From Holothuria leucospilota (lineage: Eukaryota): a stretch of 64,000 bases of DNA. Made by a program: the position numbers and the translations under genes. A model generated the notes under the pieces. That model worked only from the letters and a program-made list of their open reading frames with translations, did not search any database and was not told the origin of the DNA. Shown piece by piece: positions 1 through 11,677 of the stretch (positions are counted from its first letter, which is position 1; each line of letters opens with the position of its first letter). The stretch is from NCBI GenBank assembly GCA_029531755.1, contig CM055976.1, positions 6,720,493 to 6,784,492 of the forward strand, written 5' to 3'.

Positions 1-1430
1 TCCCCCAAAATCAGTAGTACTAAATTACTGTGGGCAGTGACCGGGGTAAGTTTTTACACCGAACTAGTTTTAAAATAGTTGGGGATTTTCATTATCAGGC
101 ATTGCTTGAATAGCTAGTTTGTAAAGGAAGGGTGGAAATTTCTTGAAACTTTAAAATTTATTCCAGGACTAACAGGACCCCTTTCTGCCCTTTGTTTAAA
201 AAGGGGTTTAAAATTTCCTTCAATAAAAAGGTTAAACTATTTTAAAAAAATTTGGGGAGGCCCCCCCTTTGGGTTTCAAAACTAACCCCCACAAAAATTC
301 CTAAAATCCCAAACTTTTCCCTTTTTGGTTTTTTTAAAAAACCCCGGACTTCACCTTTAATTAGTCCAACCTTTTTAATGGTACGGGATTAAAAAAATTT
401 TTTATAAAAAAATCCTTTTCTTTATTCTGAACTAGGGACTGGGAAAATTTCTTTAAAGGTTGGGGGAAAGTTTTCCCGAAAATCCCCCCAACAAACCCAT
501 GAGCTTCAAATGTCCATTCAAAAAAAAAAAATTTTTAAACTTTAAATGGAAAATTTTTTAAATTTTTAAAAAGGAAAAAATCAAAAAGGGTTTATTTAAC
601 GTTTTAAAAGAAAATAATTAAACAAAAATTCAACAAAAACTTTTTCCTGGGGTTTTCCCCTTTTGAAAATTTTTGGGGGGTTTTGTGTCATTACCGTTAA
701 AAAATACCAAAGAATTTTTTTTTGTTGGTCCATCCTTTTCCCCTTTGTTGGAAATTTTGGCCAAAAATTTTAAGCGAAAAATACTTTTTAAATAGAAAAG
801 GATTTAATATTTAAAAATTTCTTGTATGCCTTTTTATTTTGGGTTTTGAAACTGCTGGGAAACTTTAAAAAAGGGGTCCCCATTACCAATTAAAAAATCC
901 TTAATTAAAGAGTTTTTTTTGTTTTTAAAAAACCCAAAGAGCTTGCCCAAATTGTAAAAACTTTCAAAGGGTGGGTTTAAAAAGGGAAAAAGGGTGGTTG
1001 GATGGTTAAAAAAAAAAAAAATTGTGTTGGTTTTTGGGGCCCCAAAAACCGTTTAAACACAAAAAACCCCCAAAAACCCTTGGAGTAGTGGAAATTTCCC
1101 GACAAAAGGGTTGGAACCTTTTTAAGTTTTTTTAAACGAATTAAAAATTATTCCATAAAAAGGTTTTTATTTTAAATTTTTTGAAAAATTTTAAAGGAAA
1201 AAGTTGGGGGTAAAAGGGGGGGAAAGATTTTTAATTTTTTTTGACATTTCGGGAAACTAAATTTTTTTTAGTCAACAGCCCCAATTTCTTTAAAATTGGG
1301 GAAAAGTTTTCCTTTAACAAAATTAATTAAAAAAAAAGGGTTTTTTATAAATTTTTTTTTGTACCAATTTTAAAAAATTGGGTTCCTTTTGGGGGTAAAA
1401 TTTTCCAGTTCAAAAAAATAAAACCGGGAA
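1..1430. repeat. homopolymer-stuttered low-complexity sequence (probable low-quality or unpolished assembly region); patches continue to about 3300
   Basis: Nearly every base occurs in runs of 2-6 (ccccc aaaa tttt gggg) with no coherent coding frame. The ORF-track ORFs here are poly-K/F/G artefacts. Confidence 0.4.
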
Positions 1431-2793
1431 ATGTAGGATTCACATTTCATTAGTTGCTGCGTGGAAATCAACGTTCTTTAAAGGCGTACACAATGATGGT
1501 CCCTTTATATGCTATTGCTTTTCGCAAGGGGGCCCCATAATGAAAAATTGTATGTTCTTCATAAAGTTTAATTTTTTTTGAAACTGGGGAGTCCCCCTTG
1601 AAATTTTTGCTTTAAAACCGAGATTTTTGGGTTAAAACCGTTTTAAAGGAGCCCCTTTTTGTTTTGGGGGGAATTTTAGGTGGTTAGATTGGATTTAAAA
1701 AAATGTAATAAAAAAAATAAAATATTTTTCCCAGTATTTTGGAGAAAGAATTTTTTGGATTTTTGGAAAATTTAAAGGGTTAGTTTTTGTGTTTTTTGTT
1801 TTTTTTATTTCTTTATTAATTTTGAGTAAAGGGAGTTATATTTGTGTATCATTGGTTTGGGAATAAAAAAAAAAAAATTTTGTAAGATACAGAGTCCCAC
1901 CACTTTTGAGGGATTTTTAATCTTTTTTGAACTGTGTAGATATCCCCAAATTTGCAGAATGTGTATTGCCGTAGAGCATTTTTTCACAACCCATATTCTA
2001 TTGTTTAATGGGATTTGTTTTTTAAACTCTAGCCCAAGAGCCCACTGTTTCGCTCGCATGTTCCCCCAAATTGGGATTAAACGAGGACATTTAGGTGCTT
2101 TCCACCAAAACCGAAATCTGTGCTTTTTGCGGCGGAGCGGTTTTTTTCCCCAGGAAAATAGGGGAAAATTTTTTTTGATGAAAAAAAAAAAATACGCCCC
2201 ATCTTTCTGGGTAACAAATTTCGCGTCCCCCCGCAAAAGCAGGATTTGGGTTTTTGGGTGAACGCCCCTTTAAAAATGCGGTGAAAAAAATACCCTAAAA
2301 ATAACCTGTCAATTTTTCTAGGGGTACGCAAAGGTGTGAAAAATAGTGTCAGCATAAGTACCCAATTTTTGTTTTTCCCAACACCGAAACATATAGTCAT
2401 GATTTGTTTACAGTTTCTTTTGTTTACTCGTGCTCAAAATGTCCAAAATTTTTTCCTTTGGAAACAAGAAATCACAGTGCGTACTCAGATTTTTGGTCAA
2501 TTTTTCTATCTAAATTTACCGGGCCTGAGAAAGAACTGTCCGTTTAAGTCAAAGCTAAATCATTTTCTGAAGTGGACCGAGGAGAGATCGCAAGAAAAGG
2601 TATTGAGACGTTTAAGAGGGGTTGCTCCTGACGTCTAAAAAGGTAGCCCTCGAGATGTTTTTGGGTCATTGCAGCTCAGCGTTTTTTGGAAAATTTAAAT
2701 TTTTTTTTCCTTTTTCGCCCACCTGTGGATTTGGGCATTACGGTAGAAAAGAGACATTTTGAAAAGAACTGGGGAGATTGCCTTGCTGCCTAT

Positions 2794-2810
2794 GGGGGGG
2801 GGGGGGGGGG
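2794..2810. repeat. (G)17 homopolymer
   Basis: An uninterrupted G run is read directly in the sequence. Confidence 0.9.
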
Positions 2811-3474
2811 AAAAGGGTATGTTTTGAAATGAACTTATATATCGAGGAATTAAGCCCCCATTTTAGTAACTAGTAGCACAAAAGGGGCATTGAATCTGGG
2901 ATAATCCTCCCGAAATTCGTTTATGCTCCCCCCTTTTTTTTTACAGAAAATGGGTTTAGTGACTATATTAAGTTGGTTTAGGGAAAAGTTCCCCCAAAAT
3001 ACTGACCCCCTTAAACACACTCTGTCACCCCAGAAATGACAAGGGGAGGGCAGGCCTTTAGAGGGCGGGACACCTTTCCCCCCTTGGTTTACAGGCGGTT
3101 ACTTGCAAAGCCCCTAGGTGTTTAAAAAGGGGGCCCCCTCCCTGCGGCCAGTGGGGGAAAATCACCAGGGGGGATTTTAGGTAAAGGGGAAGGGGAGGGA
3201 AGGGGAGCAGAGAGGGGTTTTGAAGAGAAAGCAGCAACAAAATAAAAACATCTAACCGAGCATATTATTTTGTGTAACTGTTAAAATTTTCCCGGGCCCG
3301 CATGGCAAGTAAATTTCCCCGTCCCTCCCGTAAATTAGTCAGTTTGATTTGGCCGTGATTAAAGTATTAGGCCTACGGGACAATTTTTTTTCGGCTTTCA
3401 CGGTTTTGGTAGCCGGTAATGGCCCGGGTTTTGGACCCGGGAATGCGGTTTTGGTAGCGGAATGGCAGGTAGGT

Positions 3475-3616
3475 CCCCCCCCCCCCCACCCCCCCCCCCC
3501 CCCACCCCCCCCCCCCCCCACCCCCCCCCCCCCCCACCCCCCCCCCCCCCCACCCCCCCCCCCCCCCACCCCCCCCCCCCCCCACCCCCCCCCCCCCCCA
3601 CCCCCCCCCCCCCCCA
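3475..3616. repeat. (C15A)9 tandem array, 16-bp period
   Basis: The A residues recur every 16 nt (3488, 3504, ... 3616), each separated by 15 C. This produces the poly-Pro and poly-Gly ORFs in the track. Confidence 0.85.
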
Positions 3617-4655
3617 CAATTATCTGGAGGGAGTATGCTCAGAGTCTATGGCATTGAAATGCCAAATGTTTGATACAGACCTGTTATTAACTGTCCCGAT
3701 TTCGGCAGAACAGTCCCGATTTTCGAACTTAGCCTAAAAACCTCAGAAAAAGTTGGACGTCCCGATTTAATCAAATTTGATGATAATATGAAAGGGAAAA
3801 AGGGTAGAAAATAGTGCATGACAGAATTTCATAATAATAATCGTAGCTTGCGCAAATCGGCGCCTTCCACTTCCAAGTGGTACTTCTCTGTGCAAATCTC
3901 GTTCGCGATGACTTCAGTATCTTGCTGTGAGGCATTAGGGTAAATACTAAAATAGGTCTGTGAAACGTGAGATCACACCAAGGTAGTTGTAACCTGCATG
4001 CAGTGAAGTATTATTATGTTTGCATTACAGTTTACACGTTACTTAGCGACACGTACTGTCTACAGCTGTAGCCTGTAGTAAACAAGTTACTGCAGTGCAG
4101 ACTGTGTATCACAAGTTATTTTCACTAAAAACACCAGCCAGCCAAAGCCTAGTTTGCCGATGAACGTTTGCACAACGTTTAGCAAGTAACGTTATTAGTG
4201 AAGTCCTAACTTAGGCCTAGGCTACTTATTAAAAGTTCCAATTTGAACTAGCCAGGCCTAGGCCTAACTTAATGTTAGGCTAGCCCTAAGTTCAACATGG
4301 TCCAGCATTAGCCTTGCCAACGTCCTAAACGCTAGGCCTACACTTGTAGTTAGGAGCGGATTATACGGTCACGTTCAGTGACTTAGGCCTAGGCGAGTCT
4401 AGTCCATAGTCTTAAGTAGGCCTATCTTAGGTTGCTTTGGTGCTTCCCATACTAACGTTAGGGAACAAAATATAGGGCCTACATGTGAGAACTAGGGTAG
4501 ATACTGTACCCTAGCCCCCTGTAGGCTGGAGTTGTTGTAGAATATGCACATGGTATTTCCTGCCTGTCGAAAGAGCGACAAAAGGGAAGGACTTGCACCA
4601 TATTTGAACTGTATTTAAAACCTCGAACCATATTTGAAATCGTTTTTAAACTTAA

Positions 4656-4954
4656 AGAGGGATTTGCATCACCCCAAGTATGACTTTTATACTTGGTGGT
4701 AAGCCCCGCCCATAATTGTCTTTACTGCTTTTCCTTGTGCAGACACAAACATAGTTCACTGCTAAAGGCCTCATCCTGGTGAGTATAAAAGACCCCATGT
4801 GTAATCAAAACATTCTCTGTGCGTGCTGTGTAATATGAGTTGCTCTGAATCTTTTGAATTTTGTAACTCTGATGTCAATCAAAGAGTTTTCACCAATTGA
4901 GACTTTTGCTTACCCCTTTGTAAAAGTCATACTTGGGGTGATGCAAATCTGTCT
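4656..4954. mobile_element. MITE with ~35-bp terminal inverted repeats (TIRs), flanked by TTAA on both sides
   Basis: Left end is agagggatttgcatcaccccaagtatgacttttatac. Right end is gtaaaagtcatacttggggtgatgcaaatctgtct, its inverted complement. TTAA sits at 4652-4655 and 4955-4958. Confidence 0.5.
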
Positions 4955-5382
4955 TTAAGGCCTTTTATCTACGGTAGTTGACATTTATAGGCCTAGGCTA
5001 TGTACAACACATTTGTGGTCATTAAATCTTATCAAGGTCCAGGCCTAACTAACATAATGCTAAGGCTCATACTGTACCCATACAGAAAAGTTAGTCTAAC
5101 AGTTTTCACACAGATTTGTGGCATATGAAAGTGTGCGCCAGACTTTTGGGCATGTGGCGTGATTGTAAAATTCGATTAACTTTGCCGTACTGACGTGGCC
5201 CACAATGATATGATATCGTGGCATAATCCTAACACCATACTCCAGTTGTGGCTCACTGGCTAGTAGACTACTGTAGGATTATAAACAATTACTAAACTCC
5301 CCTGTGGAGTAAGCCTGATAACCATAGCCGGTAGCCCAACTGGACAGATAGTGGCCATGATCTGGCCTGTTTGCTTTCCAAT

Positions 5383-6101
5383 TAGGGCTGTGACCGTTTA
5401 GCGATTAATCGCTAAATAATCGCATGTGTAATAAACGTTTAGTACAAAGCTACCAGCGATTAATCGCAAAACTCGTTTTTCCGTACGAAATAAAAAAACA
5501 ATCTGCAGTCATTACAGAAAATTAGATGTTCATTTTAAAGGGGAATTTTCCTGATCCCAGACAGTTCCAATTCTCCCAACTATGCATCTTCTAGCTCCTC
5601 CCAAAACTGTATGAGGCTCTTCCTTGTGCAAGAATAAACCTGTTTTATTGCTTAAGGCCATGTCCTGGTGAGCATACAAGGCTATAAAATGTAATAAAAG
5701 TACTCTATCTGCCTTGTGTGGAATGTGAGATACTCTGCATTTTTCAAATTTTCAAACTTTGATGTCAATCAAAGAGCAGTCACCAACTGAGAATGTTGAT
5801 ATACATACACTAAAAATATACTTTGGGGTGATGACTGTCTGTCTTTAACTCTTTTTGAAAAAGTGAACACACACGTAAACATACGACATCAAAGTTGAGC
5901 TTCCATGAGGATCCGTGTTTGAGGTTCATGGAAACTATGTCCCCCCGACGTCACTAACGCATTTTACATATATTCATCATGTTCAAGAGCACGTTTAAAG
6001 TCTCTGTGTTGATGATCATAGGTACTCGCAATTAATCGCTAAACGATCGCAAAATTTTGCGATTAAACGTTTAGTAATTTTGCTAAACGTTCACAGCCCT
6101 A
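5383..6101. mobile_element. nonautonomous hAT-like element, 719 bp, with a perfect 8-bp TSD TTTCCAAT
   Basis: The 20-bp TIR TAGGGCTGTGA(C/A)CGTTTAGC is present at both ends and fits the hAT terminal consensus YARNG. The TSD TTTCCAAT sits at 5375-5382 and 6102-6109. There are internal gattaatcgc palindromes. Confidence 0.6.
5539..5844. mobile_element. diverged second copy of the 4656-4954 MITE family, nested inside the hAT-like element and also flanked by TTAA
   Basis: It shares internal blocks with the first copy (ccttgtgca...cctggtgag...ctctgatgtcaatcaaagag...tacttggggtgatg...tctgtctttaa). TTAA sits at 5535-5538 and 5845-5848. Confidence 0.4.
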
Positions 6102-6214
6102 TTTCCAATGTTGCCTACGTAGGCCTAGATCCAATTTGACATGTCTCATTCAGTGACAGTTGGTTGCAAATAAAATTTTTACTATGATTATATTTTTTGC
6201 TCTCTGTTTGATAG

Positions 6215-6325
6215 GTTGCTGGCAATGGAGATAGGACTTGTTCATCTAGGACTAGTTCAATTCCGAATGAGCCTGGTAACAACCCACCAGAAATCTCAGA
6301 GACCAGTTTAAACCATGACGTACAT
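6215..6325 (+). CDS. putative exon, 111 nt, phase 0 at both ends, encoding VAGNGDRTCSSRTSSIPNEPGNNPPEISETSLNHDVH
   Basis: The acceptor is ctctgtttgatag|G and the donor is CAT|gtgagt. Only one frame is open. The encoded peptide has the same Ser-rich acidic character as the downstream exons. Confidence 0.4.
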
Positions 6326-7581
6326 GTGAGTATGATGTCTTCATACATTTTGTCATTACTTGTTTTTAAAGGCAAATTTGCACTTTAGTCAGGGATTCCG
6401 CCAGAAATGCAAAAAAGGGGGTGATTAATTGCTCCTAAACCGCTAGTCCAAATTGATGCTGTCCCTGGCTAAAGTTACAAGTGGGTTCAGGGGGACAAAA
6501 GCTTGCTTCAAGACCCCTATAAGGTGCATTTTGAAGGGTTTTAAAGGCCATTTACTTATGAAAGTCCAAACATTGCTGCAAAGGTGCCCTCTTCTTAAGT
6601 AAGAAACCAAGATACGGACAATTTTTTTAATTTTTATGGAAATGAAAAGGGGGGGATTTTACCCACCTTCTTCTAAAGGGGGGGACAAATCCCCCCTTTC
6701 CCCCCTTTGGCGGAAACCCTGTTAGTATAGCCCTGTAAAGTTTGAAAGTAAACTAAGCTATGAATGTTGAACACTGTTTGAATGTGAGCTATGTCAGTGA
6801 TTGATCAGCAACTATTTTTTGTGAAAAACTCACAACTTGCTGTTTATACCACGTACAGTAGCCAGAATGAGATGCCATTGAAGGGCAGTAAATGGCTGTT
6901 GACAAGTGTTTTCTCATACAGGCATATTAGATGGATTGTCAAAGCAAAAGTTCCGTGTTGAGAATATATTGTCCCATTTTCAAATGTCACCAAGTTAGAA
7001 TTGTCCAGATGTTATCCAATCACCTTCCAACGTGTTTATTTACCAAAGTTGCACTTTAAATGAGACGCAGATCCAGAGGGGACTTTCCTGGCTGTAGCCC
7101 CTTTTTTGACACCACCTTTTTAGAAGGTCCAAAGGCTAGTTGACAGTATGTGGTGTTTATTTTAATTGCCAGATGTCAGAAGCTCCAGTTAACTTGAATC
7201 AAGTGCACAAATTTCAATTTTTTTCCATAGACCACCCCACTCCTTCTTTTGAGGCTTTGTACAATTGGCACTCCTAGGTGAAGAATTCACCCTTATAAAG
7301 TTAGTTCCCTCTTTTGGGCTTGAAATCCTGAATCTGCTGAAGTCGAAGTTTGCACCATTGGTGGTCTAGTTCAGAGTCACATCAGGATGGGCACGTTAAT
7401 GATGTAATAGAAGAAAAATATAACAACTTACCCTTTATATGCATGGAGGAAGTATTAAAATTTTTACCTTTTACAAGTGTTCAATTTAAGTCTGGTTGGT
7501 TAATCATCCACTGCATTTTAAAAACTATTTACATGAAATAGTGACAATGTCTGATGTATTTTTCATTTTCATGTACTGTAG

Positions 7582-7665
7582 AATGTCATCCGTGGAGGTG
7601 AGTCATGCACTTCTGAAGATGCCAGTTCATCCCAGGGTCTTTCAGAGTCAAGTCAGGATGCACAG
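7582..7665 (+). CDS. putative 84-nt phase-0 exon, acidic Ser-rich repeat copy 1 (NVIRGGESCTSEDASSSQGLSESSQDAQ)
   Basis: It is preceded by a polypyrimidine tract plus tag|, and followed by CAG|gtaca. It is a paralogue of the exons at 9111, 10117 and 11588, and the flanking intron ends are conserved across the copies. Confidence 0.5.
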
Positions 7666-8149
7666 GTACAGTGCAGTAAATGATAGTATAACACTGTAGA
7701 AAATGTTATTATAACTTTCCCTACATGTGTATAAAGCTTAATGAAAAGTTCCAAGGTCTATGTAAACCTTGCTGAACATTACTGTGTATGTGACCGATCA
7801 TTACTAATTTTATCTTATTGTAAGAAGTGGGATCATTACTGTATATTGCATAGTAACCACCTGTCAGGGAATGGGTTCCGCAATGTCATACCAACACTGT
7901 ACAGGGCTCGAAATAACCAGCATCACAGACAGCCATGGCTGTCAGGCCCTTACGAAGGCCGTGGTGCCCCTCAGTCAGTGTCCTATGAAATAACATAGAC
8001 CGACAGCCAATTTGCTCATTTTGGCTGTGCCCTTCTTCAAGCTTACTTGGAGCCCTGATTGTGGGTGGCATAGGTTATGGCATGATTTAAACTGACCAGA
8101 TGTTGCATTGTCTTGAATATTCACTAACAAACAACCAGTCTTAGGGCCA

Positions 8150-8705
8150 CACATTTCTATGAGTATCCCAAGAATTTGCTTCAGTGTTCACTTGGGCAGG
8201 CATATTGCTAATTTATCAGAATAACAAATGTTGAGTGGTTCAATGAATTTGAATGTGTTTTAGCTTTTTAAAGATATGAATATTCTGCATACAGTATATA
8301 CTGTACATTGGGAGCTTTCCAGTCTTACATGTTATCTACTTCAACATACTGTAAGTTGCACAAATGTTGAGGAGAGCAAATTACTCTCCTGAAAGACTCC
8401 AGGAGAGCAAAATAGTACTTGTGTTTAGTGACAGTTTTGTCCAGGAGAGCAATTTCAGAGTGTTGATGATCCCAGGAGAGTAACTTAGTGCGCTCCTTGA
8501 TTTTATATAAATGAAGGCCTGAGAAATTTTAAGCTTTCTAGCGCAGATATTGGTCTCGAAAAAATGAATGCAATTACACTTGTCCCAATATGCCAATTTG
8601 CTACAGTGTTCACTTGGGCAGGCATATTGCTAATTTATCAGAATAACAAATGTTGGGTGGTTCAATGAATTTGAATGTGTTTTAGCTTTTTAAAGATATG
8701 AATAA
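8150..8705. repeat. local direct duplication of ~105 bp (8180-8283 and 8600-8703) within an intron
   Basis: The two copies are near-identical (cagtgttcacttgggcaggcatattgctaatttatcagaataacaaatgttg.gtggttcaatgaatttgaatgtgttttagctttttaaagatatgaata). Confidence 0.8.
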
Positions 8706-9110
8706 TGGGGGGGGGGGGCAGGGCTACTTTTAAATAAGCCATAACTTAAAATGGTTTGGAGTTTTGGCTTAAAATTTTCTGTGTTCCTTTTAAAAGTAAA
8801 GGTATACTGAAAAAAGTTGTGAGCAAAATCTGAGTTGGTACCCGACTAACCCATTTGTTGATTTCACAGACAATGACGTTTTGCAAAAGGAACAAGGGCT
8901 CTCATCATCTCCCAAGACACACACTGTGTTAATGTCAAAATGTTGAGACAAGTGGAGTTTCCCTAAGATTAACAGCCAGTTTTAACCCAGTTTATATGAC
9001 AATTTAAGAAGAGGCTTTTTTGGAGGAAGTATTTGTACATCCATTGCATTTTAAGGAAACTATTTGTATGAAAAAGTGAAAATTCTAATGTATTTTTCAT
9101 GTTCATGTAG

Positions 9111-9194
9111 GATGTCAACTGTGGAGATGAGTCCCGCACTTTTGTAGATTCCAGTTCATTCCAGGGTCACTCAGACTTTAGTCAGGATGCACAG
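9111..9194 (+). CDS. putative 84-nt phase-0 exon, acidic repeat copy 2 (DVNCGDESRTFVDSSSFQGHSDFSQDAQ)
   Basis: The acceptor is tttttcatgttcatgtag|G and the donor is CAG|gtaaaa. A single frame is open. The ~70 nt of conserved upstream intron sequence is shared with copy 3. Confidence 0.5.
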
Positions 9195-10116
9195 GTAAAA
9201 TGATGTAATATTAGTAAGAAAAATGTAACAATAACTTAACCCTTTATATGGATGGTGAATTACAGTGTTCCAAGTTTTGAAGAAATCTGGCAGTGTCAAA
9301 CCCATTCTTGGTATTTTTTATTTTTTTTTTTTTTGGGGGGGGGGGAGGGAGTGAGAGGATATTAAAATTTGTTGCAAGAAGCTCATGTTTTTGGTACAAA
9401 ATTGTCATGATTATTGCAGGTTGGTAAGCATGTAGTGTCACCATGTCTTGCTCCCTGTTAGCAATCCAATAGTCATAATCTGTCATGACAACTACAAGCC
9501 AATCTGTGATGACAGTTATGGTAGTGTTAAACAATGGCCGATCCAGAAATGGGGTGGAGGGGGTTGGGGATCACAGACATCAAATAGGTGGCAGTCTTTT
9601 GGATGTTCAAGGTGACAATTTGCATTTGATGCTGGGTAGTTTGTGTGGCCCATAATTTTGATTTTATATGTATGGGTTTCACGTTCCAAAAATAAATTGC
9701 TTGAAGTTCGCCTCAAGTGAGTAAGCCCAGAGAGTGCAAAACATGTTTCATATTTTCCTCCTTCTCCTGATCGTTATCAGTTATGTAAAAATGTGAAAGA
9801 AAACAAGGTATTTTTTCCCATTAAAGACTATGATTTGTTGCACTTTTAAGAAGGAACAGGGGCTGTTGCCTCCTCCCAGTACACACACTGTGCCCATGTG
9901 AAAATGATGAAGCGTCTGGATGATCCCTAAGATTTACAGCCAGTTGATACTGTATGATAATGTAGGAAATGATTTTTTTGGAGGAAGTATTTAAATGTTA
10001 ATTATTTTCAAATGATCAGTTTAAGTAAGAGATTGGTATATTATACATCCATTGCATTTTAAGGAAACTGTATGAAAAAGTGACAATTCCTAATGCATTT
10101 TTTCATGTTCATGTAG

Positions 10117-10200
10117 GATGTCATCCATGGAGATGAGTCCAGCACTTTTGTAGATGCCAGTTCATCCTACAGTCACTCAGACTCAAGTCAGGATACACAG
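10117..10200 (+). CDS. putative 84-nt phase-0 exon, acidic repeat copy 3 (DVIHGDESSTFVDASSSYSHSDSSQDTQ)
   Basis: The acceptor is ttttttcatgttcatgtag|G and the donor is CAG|gtaaat. The other two frames contain stops. Confidence 0.5.
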
Positions 10201-10289
10201 GTAAATGATGTAATATAAGTAAAAATAAATGTAACAAGAACGTACCCTTTATATGCGTTGTCAATTACAAAGTTCCAAGTTTTGTAGAA

Positions 10290-11200
10290 ATCTTTTCATT
10301 TGGTATATAGATTTGTCATGTTGAGAGCAAGGATGCTAATGTTTAGTGGATATCAAAGGTCATTTGAGGTCACCAGAGGTAAAAAGGCTAAAAGCTTGTA
10401 AACATGATATATCAAGATAGAAATGTTGGACACTTTTCATATTTGGTAAATAGATTTGTCATGATGGAAGGTCAAACCCTATTGTCTTTGGTGGTGGTCA
10501 GAGGTCATCTTAGGTCACGGAAGGTAAAACGGCGAAAACCTTGTAAATGGCTTGTAAACACGATATCTCAAAATATCAATGACAAGACACTTCATATTTG
10601 GTATGTAGTTTTGTCATGTTGAGAGGAAGGACCTTTTGGTTTTGGTGGAGGCCAGAGGTTCTCTGGGGTCACCTAGGGTCAAACACTGAAAACTTCCTTA
10701 ATATATCAAGGTAGGAAGCTTGGATAGATCTCATACTTGGTATGTGCATGCTTTATGGTGAGAAGAAGAACCATATTGTCTTTGGTTGAGGTCAAAGGTT
10801 ATCTGGGGTCAAACTCTGAGAACCTTCTTAACACGATTTTTCAAGTTAGGAGGCTTGGAAAGGTTTCATACTTGATATGTGGATGCCTTGTGGTCCAAGG
10901 AAGAATCCTTGTGTTTTTGGTGGAGATCAAAGGTCATCTGGGGTCACCAGAGGTCAGAAGCAAGAATTCCCAAGATCATCATCTGGGGTCTCTAAAGGTC
11001 AGAAAGCAAAATTTTCTAAGAATTCCCAGGAACGTCATCAGGGGTCACCAGGGGTCAAAAGCAAAATTTTTCAAGAATTTTCAAGATGCAAGATGCATTG
11101 GAAGTCAAGTCCCTTTTAAGACACTTCCGGCTCTTTTCTTTTTTGTTATATTTGGTGGGGTTCAAAAGTCATGTGAGGAGAGCAGAGGTCAAATTGTTTA
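10290..11200. repeat. intronic minisatellite of about 7 copies of a 125-130-bp unit, rich in AGGTCA half-sites in DR1-like spacing
   Basis: Examples are gaggtcaaaggttatctggggtcaaac, agatcaaaggtcatctggggtcaccagaggtcag and tcaaaggtcatttgaggtcacc, repeating with a ~128-bp period. It generates the spurious ORF 10737..11201. Confidence 0.7.
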
Positions 11201-11587
11201 AACATCGTAAAATGATGGAGTCAAAGATAAATTTGAGGGATAAACCTCAGTGTAACAAAGTATCCCCATTTGGCAAGGAATCACTAAGCCTTTTGGCTTT
11301 CTGGTTAGAAAAACCATTTATGTGAAATAGTGACAACTTCTGACAGGGCTTAACAAATAAGTCTGCTAGCCCTGGGTTAGCTCAAACCCTACAGTGGGTA
11401 GTGACAGTTGTGAAAACTCCATGGCTAGTGCAAAATGTACAGGTGTGTAGTTTTACTGAAGCCTTTACCCTTCAAGGCTCATGTAAATCCTTCAGGCTAT
11501 TGAAATAAATTTGTTAAGTGCTAGTAGTAAAGCTGCAGAAATTTTTAGCCCTGATCTTGAGGTATTTTTTTTTTTATGTTCATATAG

Positions 11588-11677
11588 AATGTCACCCTTG
11601 GACTTGGAGATGAGTCAAGCCCTTCTGAAGATGCCAGTTCATCCCAGTATCAATCAGGCTCAAGTGAGGATTTACAG
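11588..11677 (+). CDS. putative 90-nt phase-0 exon, acidic repeat copy 4 (NVTLGLGDESSPSEDASSSQYQSGSSEDLQ)
   Basis: The acceptor is tttttttttatgttcatatag|A and the donor is CAG|gtaaat. The same downstream intron start (gtaaatg..taataa..aaaatgt.acaa.aacttaccctttat) follows as in copies 1-3. Confidence 0.5.

Noticed and set aside
3475-3616. Possibility of a CRISPR-like or prokaryotic repeat array (the C15A array, and the minisatellites at 24.6, 44.9 and 52.1 kb)
   Set aside because: The spacers are not unique sequences but the same short motif. The context is clearly eukaryotic, with introns, snRNA and retroelements. No cas-like ORFs are present.
3339-3737. ORF-track ORFs encoding poly-Pro and poly-Gly proteins
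   Set aside because: They are produced entirely by the (C15A)9 homopolymer array and so are not coding.
10737-11201. 154-aa and 80-aa ORFs
   Set aside because: They lie wholly inside the 128-bp minisatellite and have periodic low-complexity translations.
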